Part shown: positions 16,081-24,954 of the stretch, in pieces | How positions within the stretch are numbered: the stretch's first letter is position 1 | Layout: every line of letters starts with the position of its first letter | Assembly (NCBI GenBank): GCA_012517265.1 | Contig: JAAYVJ010000109.1 | Location: forward strand, 1-38,762 | DNA length: 38,762 nucleotides | Source of the DNA: Planctomycetota bacterium | GTDB lineage: Bacteria > Planctomycetota > Phycisphaerae > Sedimentisphaerales > Anaerobacaceae | Direction of reading: 5' to 3' | Translations under genes and position numbers: made by a program | Notes under the pieces: generated by a model | The model's input: the letters and a program-made list of their open reading frames with translations, nothing else | What the model was told of the DNA's origin: nothing | Databases searched by the model: none

Positions 16081-18735
16081 TCACACCACGACGTTCACCA
16101 GCCTGCCTTTGACCACGAGCACTTTCTTGGGCGTCTTGCCTCCCAGCGCGGCGACGACCTTCTCGCCGGCCAGCGCGACCGCCTTGACCGTCTCGTCGTC
16201 GGCCTCCGCGGCCACCACGATGCGGTCCTTCACCTTGCCGTTGACCTGAACCGCCAGTTCGAGCTGCTTCTCGCGAGCCAGCTCTTCGTCGTACTGCGGC
16301 CACGGCTCATACGCCAGACTGCGGTCGTGCCCGAGCCGCTGCCACAACTCTTCCGCGATGTGCGGCGAGAAGGGCGCCAGGATCAGGACGAACGACTCGA
16401 CCACGGACCTGGGCCGAACTTCCTTGCGGGCCAAGTGGTTCACGAAGATCATCATCGCGCTGATGGCGGTGTTGAATCCGAACGACTCGACGTCGCCGCC
16501 GACCTTGCGAATGGTCTGGTGCAGCAGACGCAGCGTCTCTGCGTCCGCCTGGGCGTCGCGAACGGCCGGGTCGAGCTCGCCCGTCTCTTCGTTCACGACC
16601 ATTCGCCAGACCTTCTGGAGAAATCGGTACACGCCCTGAACGCCCTGCATGCTCCACGGCTTCATCGCCTCCAGCGGCCCCATGAACATCTCGTACAGCC
16701 GCATGGAGTCGGCGCCGTACTCGGCGATCACAGCGTCGGGGTTCACCACGTTGCCGCGGGACTTGCTCATCTTCTGGCCGTCCTCGCCGAGGATCATGCC
16801 CTGGTTGATGAGCCGGGTGAACGGCTCGGCCGTCGTGACATAGCCTCGGTCGTACAGGAACTTGTGCCAGAATCGCGAGTAGAGCAGGTGCAGCACCGCG
16901 TGCTCGGCCCCGCCGATGTAGAGATCCACCGGCATCCAGGACCGCTCCTTGACGGGGTCCCAGCCCTGCCGCGGGTTCTTCGGATCGATGTAGCGCAGGT
17001 AGTACCAGCAACTGCCGGCCCATTGCGGCATCGTGTTCGTCTCCCGCCGGGCCGGACCGCCGCAGCAGGGGCAGGTCGCCTGGACCCAGTCGGTCGCTTT
17101 CGCCAGAGGCGGCTCGCCGCTCACCGGGGGCGTGTAGTCGGTCACCTCCGGCAACGTCAGCGGCAACGCCGACTCCGGCAGCGATACAACCCCGCACGTC
17201 GGGCAGTGCACGACCGGGATGGGCTCGCCCCAGTACCGCTGCCGGCTGAACAGCCAATCGCGCAGCTTGAAGTTGATCGCCTTGTTGCCCAGGCCTTTCT
17301 CGGCAAGCCACGCCGTGATCCTGCTCTTGGCCTCGGGCGTAGGCAGCCCGGTGATCGAGACCTCCGGCCCGGTGGAGTTCACCGAGACCCCGTCTCCCAC
17401 GAAGCCATGCCAGTCGGTCGCCGCGTCGGGCGGCTGAACCACCTGAATCACCGGCAGGCTGAACTTCCGGGCGAATTCGAAGTCGCGCGTGTCGTGGGCC
17501 GGCACCGCCATGATCGCGCCGGTGCCGTAGCTGGCCAGGACGTAGTCCGCGATCCAGATGGGGATCTTGTCCCGATTGACCGGGTTGATCGCGCAGTTGC
17601 CGGTGAAGACACCGGTCTTCTCTTTGTCGAGCGAGGTGCGCTCCAATTCGCTCTTGCGGGCGGCCTCGGCCCGGTAGGCCTGCACCGCGTCGCGCTGCTG
17701 CGACGTCGTGATGCTCTCGACCAGCGGATGCTCGGGCGAAAGCACCATGTACGTGGCGCCGAAGAGCGTGTCCGGCCGGGTCGTGAACACGCGGAGCTTC
17801 CGCCCCGCCGCCGGACCCTCGGCGATCTCGAAGTCCACCTCCGCCCCTTCGCTTCGACCGATCCAGTTGCGCTGCATCTCCTTGATCGACTCGGACCACG
17901 TGACGAGCTTGAGGTCTTCCAGCAGCCGGTCGGCGTAGGCCGTGATCCGGAGCAGCCACTGCCGCATCGGCCGACGGACCACGTTCTCATGTCCCTTGCG
18001 GTCGCATTTGCCGTCCTTGACCTCTTCGTTGGCGAGCACCGCCTTGCAGCCCTCGCACCACCAGACGGGAACCCAGTTCTCATAGGCCAGGCGCAGATCC
18101 GACACGGTCTTGCGGACGAAGGCCTGCCGCTGCTGCGGGTCGCCGCCGGCCGCCTGCGCCGCCTTGTGCCACGACGTCAGAAACGCGCTGCTTTCCCATT
18201 CGTTCCTGCGCCGCGGCTTTTCCTCCAGCGCGTCTTCGAGGAGTGAAATGTCCGCCGCTTTGCCCCACGAGGGATCGTAGTAGCTGTTGAACAGCTTCAG
18301 GAAGATCCACTGGGTCCACTTGTAATAAGCCGGGTCGGTGGTGTCCACCTCGCGGTCCCAGTCGTAGGAGAAGCCCAGCATCTTGATCTGGCGGCGAAAC
18401 GTGTTGATGTTCTTTCCGGTCGTGATCGACGGATGCGTCCCGGTGTCGATCGCGTACTGCTCGGCGGGCAGGCCGAAGGCGTCCCAGCCCATGGGGTGCA
18501 GCACGTTGAACCCCTTCATCCGCTTGTAGCGCGCGACGATGTCGCTGGCGGTATAGCCCTCGGGATGTCCCACGTGCAGACCCTGGCCGCTCGGATAAGG
18601 GAACATGTCCAGAACGTAGTACTTCGGCCGGGAGCCGTCGTAGTCGGGGACCTTGAACGTTTTGTTCTGGTCCCAATACGCCTGCCATTTCCGCTCGATC
18701 GAACCGAAATCGTAAGTGCCCTGCTTTCCACTCAT
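16081..18735 (-). CDS. leuS: leucine--tRNA ligase
   Basis: 884 aa. The HIGH-type motif is [12 protein letters not shown] and the KMSKS motif is QKMSKSRGN. Length and editing-domain layout are typical of bacterial LeuRS. Confidence 0.97.
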   Translation of the reverse strand: MSGKQGTYDFGSIERKWQAYWDQNKTFKVPDYDGSRPKYYVLDMFPYPSGQGLHVGHPEGYTASDIVARYKRMKGFNVLHPMGWDAFGLPAEQYAIDTGTHPSITTGKNINTFRRQIKMLGFSYDWDREVDTTDPAYYKWTQWIFLKLFNSYYDPSWGKAADISLLEDALEEKPRRRNEWESSAFLTSWHKAAQAAGGDPQQRQAFVRKTVSDLRLAYENWVPVWWCEGCKAVLANEEVKDGKCDRKGHENVVRRPMRQWLLRITAYADRLLEDLKLVTWSESIKEMQRNWIGRSEGAEVDFEIAEGPAAGRKLRVFTTRPDTLFGATYMVLSPEHPLVESITTSQQRDAVQAYRAEAARKSELERTSLDKEKTGVFTGNCAINPVNRDKIPIWIADYVLASYGTGAIMAVPAHDTRDFEFARKFSLPVIQVVQPPDAATDWHGFVGDGVSVNSTGPEVSITGLPTPEAKSRITAWLAEKGLGNKAINFKLRDWLFSRQRYWGEPIPVVHCPTCGVVSLPESALPLTLPEVTDYTPPVSGEPPLAKATDWVQATCPCCGGPARRETNTMPQWAGSCWYYLRYIDPKNPRQGWDPVKERSWMPVDLYIGGAEHAVLHLLYSRFWHKFLYDRGYVTTAEPFTRLINQGMILGEDGQKMSKSRGNVVNPDAVIAEYGADSMRLYEMFMGPLEAMKPWSMQGVQGVYRFLQKVWRMVVNEETGELDPAVRDAQADAETLRLLHQTIRKVGGDVESFGFNTAISAMMIFVNHLARKEVRPRSVVESFVLILAPFSPHIAEELWQRLGHDRSLAYEPWPQYDEELAREKQLELAVQVNGKVKDRIVVAAEADDETVKAVALAGEKVVAALGGKTPKKVLVVKGRLVNVVV

Positions 18736-18951
18736 CGCTGTCGGAAACCTCTTTCAAAACCCGTCGCGCCGCGTTCGTCCGCAGCGCGTGATGCGATCCC
18801 GTGTCCGGTTCGCCGGACCATCCGGGGGCCATCCAGTCCCCGCACGCCGAGCCCGCCCGACGGCGAAGACCGTAGCTGCACAAAGACGGATACTATACTC
18901 GATCCACGTTCGCCCGTGTAGGGAAAGTTGCGGCCCGCGCCCGGGAAATGC

Positions 18952-18994
18952 CGATGGCGGCGTCGAGACCGAAAAGGTCCTGACGCCGCCATCG
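18952..18994 (-). terminator. strong GC hairpin downstream of the LTD-protein gene (possible operon terminator, no clear U-tract)
   Basis: CGATGGCGGCGTC (18952-18964) pairs perfectly with GACGCCGCCATCG (18982-18994), giving 13 bp. A second 9-10 bp hairpin lies at 19015-19038. Only a short TTT follows on the minus strand. Confidence 0.35.
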
Positions 18995-19054
18995 CGATAT
19001 CCGGTCGAACCATGGTCGAATCGGAGGATCGATTCGACTCGTTCCAAACGCAGG

Positions 19055-20110
19055 TTAGAGCGAGAAGCCGAAGAAGCTCGTCATCGCCGAGGCCATGGGG
19101 CTGCTGACGATCGTGAAAGGCTTGTCGCTCACGTCGTACACCGCCGGACGCGTCTTGCTCGACACCCGCACCAGAGCCTGGGGAGCGTCCACGAGCGGGA
19201 CGAGCCACTTGTAGCTGCCGGTGTTGCCCACGTTGGCCGGGTAAGTCTCGGTCCACGAATGGCCGTTGTCGATGGAGAACTCCACGCGGACGGGCTCGGT
19301 CACGCTGGTGCTCTCCCACTTGACGTCCACGATGTCGCCCATCGCGAAGGCCTCGTCGCCGTTGGGCGCCAGCACCTTGAGAGAGGCTCCGGCGGCCGGG
19401 GTGACGACGGATCGCAGCTTGCCGAGGCCCTGGCTCGCCCACCGGTTCGGCGCGCCGAACGTGCTGAAGTCGGCGCCGTCGTCGTAATCGGTGGAAGCGG
19501 CGGTGATGGTGGCGTCCGGATCGGCTTCCAGGCGGAAGATTTCGGTGCCGCTGACGCCGCTGACGGGGCTGATCCCTTCACCGGCGGGCCCGAAGACGAT
19601 CTGGCCGGCCTTGTCGCGAATCCGCAACTGCCAGTTGGTGGCGCTGACCGGGAACGACGATTTCTCGATGTACAGGCCGTCGCCGTTGTTGTTGGCCTGC
19701 ACGTTGATCCACCAGTCTCCGGCGGCGGGATTGTAGCTGACGTCGCTGGGCACGTCCTCGGAGACCGTGATGATCGTTCCGGCCCGCAGGTCCTGCCAGA
19801 TCGGGTTGGCGGTCAGAACGAGCGTTTCGTCGAGGATCTTGTTCTCATAAATGTCCAGTTGCCAGCCGCGGATGTCGAGGTGGTCCTTGATGACGACCAG
19901 TTCGAACCAGTCGCCGCCGTTGCCGCGGACCCGGCCGAAGTAGCTGTCGGAGGCCCGGCCCCCGTCGTCGTCGGCCGAGGCGTTTCCGCCGTTGAGGAAG
20001 TCGTTGCTGTCGACGGCGTTGTACTCGTTCAGAATGATGTCCGCAGCCCGCCCGTTCACCGACAGCAGGGCCAATACGGCCAGGACGCTTGCGATCCTGT
20101 TGATGCTCAT
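19055..20110 (-). CDS. secreted protein with an N-terminal lamin-tail-domain (LTD)-like module
   Basis: The signal peptide is MSINRIASVLAVLALLSVNGRAA. It is followed by ILNEYNAV...GGDWFELVVIKDHLDIRGWQL, an LTD-like pattern. A C-terminal beta-sandwich-like segment contains FSIDNGHSWTETYPANVGNTGSYKWLVP. Confidence 0.7.
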   Translation of the reverse strand: MSINRIASVLAVLALLSVNGRAADIILNEYNAVDSNDFLNGGNASADDDGGRASDSYFGRVRGNGGDWFELVVIKDHLDIRGWQLDIYENKILDETLVLTANPIWQDLRAGTIITVSEDVPSDVSYNPAAGDWWINVQANNNGDGLYIEKSSFPVSATNWQLRIRDKAGQIVFGPAGEGISPVSGVSGTEIFRLEADPDATITAASTDYDDGADFSTFGAPNRWASQGLGKLRSVVTPAAGASLKVLAPNGDEAFAMGDIVDVKWESTSVTEPVRVEFSIDNGHSWTETYPANVGNTGSYKWLVPLVDAPQALVRVSSKTRPAVYDVSDKPFTIVSSPMASAMTSFFGFSL

Positions 20111-20207
20111 GATCCACCCTTTCCTTCTCTATAGATCAAGAAACTAAACGTCGGCCGCGCCCGCCGGGCTGCGGCTCTTCGTGTATCCACACCCGTCGCA
20201 CCGCCTG

Positions 20208-21848
20208 CTACCGCCCCGATGGGGCCGGAGCCTGCGTTGCGGATGTCATCCGGGCCACCGGCATCGACAACGACCCGACTTCCCACATCCCGTCCGGACG
20301 AACCTGCATGACGTCCGTATCGCGGTAGAAATTCAGCGTCGCGATCACGTAGTCGGTCAAAGCGTCGGCCATCTCATTCTGGGCGTCGTGCAAATGCTGC
20401 AGGCCGTCCAAAACCCGCCGGCTGCTGACCCGGCCGTACTCCATCAGCAGATAGTTCTTCCCGATGCGTTCCCGGGCCAGCTTGAGCCCTTTGTCCAGGA
20501 TCACATACCGCTCCGCGGTTTCCGTCAGCTTGCGGTAGGCATCGCGGATCTCCAGTCGGATGGTGTCGGCCATCTGATCGTAGTCCCGCTGCCTCTGATT
20601 GAGAACCGTCAATGCGTTGCGGTAGGCGACCTGCTCCGGAACGCGGTCCAAAGGCAGATCGACCGAAGGGCCCGCCGTGACGGCGCCCTGACCGTGGGAG
20701 TTGATGTCCACGGTGCCCGCCACGTTCAGCCCGGTCCTCAGACCGTCGGCCGCCACGTGGACGCCGCGCTGCGCGTCGAGGACCATATCGGCCTGATTGA
20801 CCAGATCCAGGCGGCGCGAAAGCCCCGTCTCGATGGCCTCGCTGACCACGAAATCTGGCTGAGGGATGCCGCCCTTGAGAAGAGCTTCAAACACCCCGCG
20901 ATCCAGTTCGAACTCGCTGGTGGGCGGCACGCCAAGCGTGATCTTGAACGCGTCGAGGAACCGTTCGTGCTCCTTCTGGGCCAGAACCCAGCGATCGCGG
21001 GCGCGAAGCCGTTCCTGCTCGATCCGGTCCAGCTCCTCGGACTCCAGCCTCGCGGCCCCGACGAGCTTCTCGACGCGGTCCCGAAGCGCCGTCAGGGACG
21101 TGTAGTACTCCTCGGTGTTGGCGGCCAGTTCCCTCTGTTCGAGGACCTCGTAGTACTGCGTGATCACCGAGACGACGAACGTCTTGCGGAAGCGGTTGAA
21201 GGACCGGATCTGGTACAAGGTGTTGCGTTTGGCCTGGGTCAGGGGTTCCAGGACCGCCATCCGGTCGCTGCCCCGCAACAGAGGCTGACTGACCGAAGCC
21301 CCGAACACGGAGGCGAAACCGTGGTCGCCCTGGCCGAGCAGGACGTCCACCCATTGGATGCCGACGCGCGTGCTGATCAGGGCGCCCGAGGCCAGAAGCC
21401 GATTGAAGCCGACGTTGGCCTCCGCCTGCAGGGCCTCGTCGGTCCCGTCGTTGGAATACAGGAGGCCCCCCCCGCCGAACAACTGCGTTTCATAGCCGTG
21501 ACGGACGAGTCGCTGATTCAGGGCGGTCGTGAAGAGAAGTTCCTTCTGGCTCTGGTATTCGCGATTGTTGGCCGTGGCGATGGCGACCGCGCGGGGAAGA
21601 GTCAATACGCCGGGGACCGGCGCGTACCGGTCGATCGTCAGATCGTTCGGCGACGCAGGAACGTCGCCGACCCGGTAGTTGGCCTTGTAACCGAACGAGG
21701 GATCCCACTGGGAATCGATGATCTCATAGGCCTGCTCATCGGCGTCAACCTTGTAGTTGCGCTGCGAGCAGCCGGCCGCCAGGGCCGCCAAAACCACAGA
21801 CATCGCCAGCAGTGCAGTACCTCTCATCGCGTTCATCACCCCAACCAT
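20208..21848 (-). CDS. TolC-family outer membrane channel lipoprotein
   Basis: The signal peptide and lipobox are MRGTALLAMSVVLAALAAGC. The two-fold repeated alpha/beta OMF architecture shows typical segments (LTLPRAVAIATANNREYQ..., LDLVNQADMVLDAQRGVHVA..., NYLLMEYGRVSSRRVLD). Candidate starts are at 21848, 21836 and 21827. The track start at 21965 would overlap the HlyD gene. Confidence 0.8.
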   Translation of the reverse strand: MVGVMNAMRGTALLAMSVVLAALAAGCSQRNYKVDADEQAYEIIDSQWDPSFGYKANYRVGDVPASPNDLTIDRYAPVPGVLTLPRAVAIATANNREYQSQKELLFTTALNQRLVRHGYETQLFGGGGLLYSNDGTDEALQAEANVGFNRLLASGALISTRVGIQWVDVLLGQGDHGFASVFGASVSQPLLRGSDRMAVLEPLTQAKRNTLYQIRSFNRFRKTFVVSVITQYYEVLEQRELAANTEEYYTSLTALRDRVEKLVGAARLESEELDRIEQERLRARDRWVLAQKEHERFLDAFKITLGVPPTSEFELDRGVFEALLKGGIPQPDFVVSEAIETGLSRRLDLVNQADMVLDAQRGVHVAADGLRTGLNVAGTVDINSHGQGAVTAGPSVDLPLDRVPEQVAYRNALTVLNQRQRDYDQMADTIRLEIRDAYRKLTETAERYVILDKGLKLARERIGKNYLLMEYGRVSSRRVLDGLQHLHDAQNEMADALTDYVIATLNFYRDTDVMQVRPDGMWEVGSLSMPVARMTSATQAPAPSGR

Positions 21849-21859
21849 GAATGGACCGG

Positions 21860-23089
21860 TCACAGCCCGCGGATGCCGACGAGCTCGCCCGGAATGATGG
21901 CCAGCCCCGCAGGGACTTCGATCACCACCGGCCTGCCCCACTGGGGGATGGTCGGACTGCGCCATAGCCTCTGCGGCATCAGCTCGATCGTCGGCCCGAT
22001 GGACAGCACATGGGACTGGGCAATCTGGGCCGGGTACCGCATCTTCACAAGCTCGACGTTCATGTCCTGCTCCAGGAGCCCGATCTGCTGCTCGTTGGCG
22101 TAGGCGATGATCTCGGTCGGCTCGGTCTGGGCCACGGCCAGAATCGGATCGCCCGCAGCAACCACTTCACCTGCCCGTCGGATCGTCTCCTCGCCCTGCC
22201 TCTTGAGCAACGCTTCGTTGGCCTTTCCCGAAATCGGGATCACGACCCCGTCGATCGGGGACTTGATCTCGACGGCCATGCGGGCCTTGAGCGCCGCGAT
22301 CTGCTCCTGCAACCCTTTGATCAGCTCCTCCTGCACCCTCGCCTCTTTGCGAATGGCCTCCAGAGCGTCATCGACGGAGGTCTGCGGCAACGTCTGGCGT
22401 TCGAATTCCTCCCGCCGGAGTTCCGCCTGGGTCTGGGCTTCCTTGGCCTGCTCGAGCTGCTCCTGGCACTCGTGGATCTTCTTGGCCGTGCTCTCGTAAT
22501 CGATCTTGAGCTTCTCCAGCTCAAAGGCCACGACGACCTTCTCTTCGACCAGCTTTTCGGTGGCTCGGATCTGAACAGCCAGACTGTTCAGCAGGATCTC
22601 GGCATCGGCGATCTCCGTCTGCACTTTCAACACGTTCAGGCGGGCGGCCTCGGCGTCCACGGCGAACCGACGCTGGTTGTCCGCGTGGTTGATTTGGAGA
22701 TCCGCGGCGTTGGCAAGCAGCTCTTCCTGCGTCGGGATCAGCGACGCCATCAGTCGGTCGATCTCGGCTGCGGCGGTCGCGATCTGGCTCTTGAGCTCCG
22801 TCTCGGTCATCCATTCGTCGGCCGGAACGGTGTTGAGGATGGCCAGCGTCTGGCCCGCCTTGACGGGCTGAAACAGCTCGACCGGAATGTCGGTGATGCG
22901 CGCAACGCAGTCGGACGCGATCTGACGAACCTCGCTCTGGGCGATGCCGACGATCTGGAAACTCTCCGACCGCTGGTAGAACAGCCAGCCCACGGCCGCC
23001 ACAGCGCCCAGCCACACGATCATCGGCACCACATGACGCAGGTAGGAGCGTTTGACCATGTAATCCTTTTTCGCTTGCTTCTCTTTCAT
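21860..23089 (-). CDS. HlyD-family periplasmic adaptor (membrane fusion protein)
   Basis: 409 aa. It has an N-terminal TM anchor (VVPMIVWLGAVAAVGWLF), a lipoyl-like half (PVKAGQTLAILN ... SPIDGVV), a roughly 190-aa coiled-coil hairpin and a C-terminal beta-barrel. Confidence 0.85.
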   Translation of the reverse strand: MKEKQAKKDYMVKRSYLRHVVPMIVWLGAVAAVGWLFYQRSESFQIVGIAQSEVRQIASDCVARITDIPVELFQPVKAGQTLAILNTVPADEWMTETELKSQIATAAAEIDRLMASLIPTQEELLANAADLQINHADNQRRFAVDAEAARLNVLKVQTEIADAEILLNSLAVQIRATEKLVEEKVVVAFELEKLKIDYESTAKKIHECQEQLEQAKEAQTQAELRREEFERQTLPQTSVDDALEAIRKEARVQEELIKGLQEQIAALKARMAVEIKSPIDGVVIPISGKANEALLKRQGEETIRRAGEVVAAGDPILAVAQTEPTEIIAYANEQQIGLLEQDMNVELVKMRYPAQIAQSHVLSIGPTIELMPQRLWRSPTIPQWGRPVVIEVPAGLAIIPGELVGIRGL

Positions 23090-23105
23090 AGATGGTCGCC
23101 GTCGC

Positions 23106-23801
23106 TCAGACCTCGAGCAGCTTCTCCTGCATCGTCAGACTGATATTTTCCATCCCGTCCACCTTCTCCAGCTCCGAGATGAACTCCTCGTTCTTGGCGG
23201 TGTTCTTCACCATGATCTGGTAGGCGTATTCCGCCGGTCCGCCGAACCCGCTGTCCTGCGAGGAAATCAACGTGAAATTCCCGCAGAACCGCCGCAAGAT
23301 GCCGGGCACCGGATGGTCGGTCCCGATCGGACCCCGCAGGCTGAACCGCAGGAAGCCATTGTGCGGCTCATGGGAGCCGAAGTCCGTGAAGTACAGATAG
23401 ATCGCAATCAGGCCGAGGACCACCGTGCCCAGAATGGCCGTCAGGTAGCGGTGCGAGCCGCACGCCATTCCGATCACCAGCGACGCGAAGATGAACACGA
23501 TGTCCCGCGTGTCCTTGAGCACGTTGCGGAAACGAACGATCGCCAGCGCGCCCATCAACCCGACCGCGGTGATGATGTTGTTGCCGATGACCGTCATCAC
23601 CATCGCGATGACCACGCAGATCAGGATCAGCGACTGCACATAGGTGCGGGAATAGGACAGCCCGCTGTGCGTGATGTAATACACCCAGGCGATCGCCTGC
23701 CCGAGGACGAACGCCAGCAGCAGCGCCAACAGGACCGCTTGCGGGCCAAACGACGTGCCGCCCAACGGCGTCTCCTCGATCAACTGCCACCATCTATCCA
23801 T
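23106..23801 (-). CDS. DUF4956-family integral membrane protein
   Basis: 231 aa with about 4 TM helices. It contains GALAIVRFRNVLKDTRDIVFIFASLVIGMACG, the conserved RFR...D.RD motif remembered for DUF4956, plus a soluble C-terminal domain. The start overlaps the VTC gene stop by 8 nt. Confidence 0.75.
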   Translation of the reverse strand: MDRWWQLIEETPLGGTSFGPQAVLLALLLAFVLGQAIAWVYYITHSGLSYSRTYVQSLILICVVIAMVMTVIGNNIITAVGLMGALAIVRFRNVLKDTRDIVFIFASLVIGMACGSHRYLTAILGTVVLGLIAIYLYFTDFGSHEPHNGFLRFSLRGPIGTDHPVPGILRRFCGNFTLISSQDSGFGGPAEYAYQIMVKNTAKNEEFISELEKVDGMENISLTMQEKLLEV

Positions 23802-24729
23802 TCCACACGCTCCTCATGGCCGGTCCGCAGAACCCCAGCCGGCTCGACTGCTCCATCGACGTGGCGAACTTCGAGATCGAACGGGCATCCAGATTGAAGA
23901 ACCGCACCAGGCGGCTGAGCCACTCGGGATACACGCCTGTGAACTTGATCTCCAGAATCGCGTAGCCTTCCGTCAAGTCGTTGCGCTGCCAGCCGGTGCC
24001 GCCTAGGCGAACAGTCGGCTCGGCGCTCACTTTATAGCACAGCTCCCGGTCAAACGTTATCCTGACCCGGTTCTCCGACGTGCTCTCGTATGCCTCTCTC
24101 ATGTACCGGATCAGGATCATCGGACCGGCTTGGACCGACGCGACGTAGAGCTGAAACTGGTTCAGCGCCTTTTCGTCGGTCGTATACCCCTGAGGAGGCA
24201 GCAACCTGCCCTGCAACAGGGTGGCGACATCCTGGTCCATGACCCGGGCCCGGCTCTTCATGATCACGCGGTTGATCCGCCGCTTGATCTCGAAGAACCG
24301 CGGGTACTCCGGCTCGTCGGTATAACTGCGGATCCGCAGCTTGAACCGGTTCTTTTGCCCCTGCTGGCTCTCCCGGCACAACTGCAAATCCTGCGAATCC
24401 AGATACAAACTGACAATCGGGTACATCCCTCCCCGTTGCAGCTTCGAATACTTGTCGTACTCGAGAAACGGGCGGATGTAGCTGGTGATCCTCGCAGCCT
24501 CGATCTCCGTCACGAGATATTTCATCTCGTATCGGCAGGCAAGCATGCCGTCGACGGCGGTCTTTTTCACCTGGGCAGGACGCGGCTTCTGTCCCGCCTT
24601 CGGGTCGGCCCCCGCGGCGGCAGCCGGCGCCACCGGTTGCCTGAGGGGAACCGTTCCCTGCCGCACGGAACCAGTCCGCGCGGTAAGGTCCGATACTCCC
24701 GGCCCTGTGTCAATCCTGCTGCTATCCAC
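23794..24729 (-). CDS. VTC-domain protein (polyphosphate polymerase-like, CYTH/TTM tunnel fold)
   Basis: The core begins at CRYEMKYLV (ExK-type tunnel motif) and includes YPIVSLYLDSQDL, KNRFKLRIRSY, FFEIKRR, RITFDREL and ILEIKF. The GTG at 24729 has a GAAGGAAA SD and adds a Pro/Ala-rich 60-aa N-terminal tail. An ATG at 24546 is the alternative start. Confidence 0.8.
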   Translation of the reverse strand: MDSSRIDTGPGVSDLTARTGSVRQGTVPLRQPVAPAAAAGADPKAGQKPRPAQVKKTAVDGMLACRYEMKYLVTEIEAARITSYIRPFLEYDKYSKLQRGGMYPIVSLYLDSQDLQLCRESQQGQKNRFKLRIRSYTDEPEYPRFFEIKRRINRVIMKSRARVMDQDVATLLQGRLLPPQGYTTDEKALNQFQLYVASVQAGPMILIRYMREAYESTSENRVRITFDRELCYKVSAEPTVRLGGTGWQRNDLTEGYAILEIKFTGVYPEWLSRLVRFFNLDARSISKFATSMEQSSRLGFCGPAMRSVWNG

Positions 24730-24851
24730 CTTGCTACATTTCCTTCTGCAAAACCTCGGAAGGGAGACCCCCCTCCGCAGGCTGGTGTTTCCGCCGACAC
24801 CCTCTTCCGCACTGGCGGGCGGGGTTCGGCTACAACCCCAGTCCCTTGTCT

Positions 24852-24881
24852 ATTTTAACACAACTGCGGGTTTCCAGTCAA
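24852..24881 (-). promoter_or_regulatory. sigma70-type promoter for the VTC-DUF4956-HlyD-TolC operon
   Basis: The minus strand reads TTGACT (24881-24876), an 18-nt spacer, then TAAAAT (24857-24852). It lies in the 225-nt gap between the CotH stop and the VTC start. Confidence 0.5.
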
Positions 24882-24954
24882 GCAGTCTATTAGATCTGCG
24901 TTAGGGAAACCTGTCCTCACCAGGACCGCCAGGAGAACGCTCCCGTGGGCTGGG

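Noticed and set aside
16045-18246. 733-aa plus-strand ORF
   Set aside because: It is an antisense shadow of leuS.
18884-18895. 12-mer GACGGATACTAT shared with the promoter region at 29751-29762
   Set aside because: Tens of 12-mer coincidences are expected by chance in a 39-kb window. No convincing -35 element is present here and there is no plus-strand gene downstream.
19000-19040. T-loop-like GGTCGAATC / GGTTCGACC strings suggesting a tRNA
   Set aside because: The flanking bases do not form a T-stem, and no acceptor, D or anticodon arms can be built on either strand. The region instead forms a simple 9-10-bp hairpin.
19055-19110. Possible PEP-CTERM or other C-terminal sorting signal on the LTD protein
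   Set aside because: The C-terminus (SSPMASAMTSFFGFSL) has no PEP motif, no TM helix and no basic tail.
20181-22103. 640-aa plus-strand ORF
   Set aside because: It is an antisense shadow of the TolC-like gene and the HlyD 3' end.
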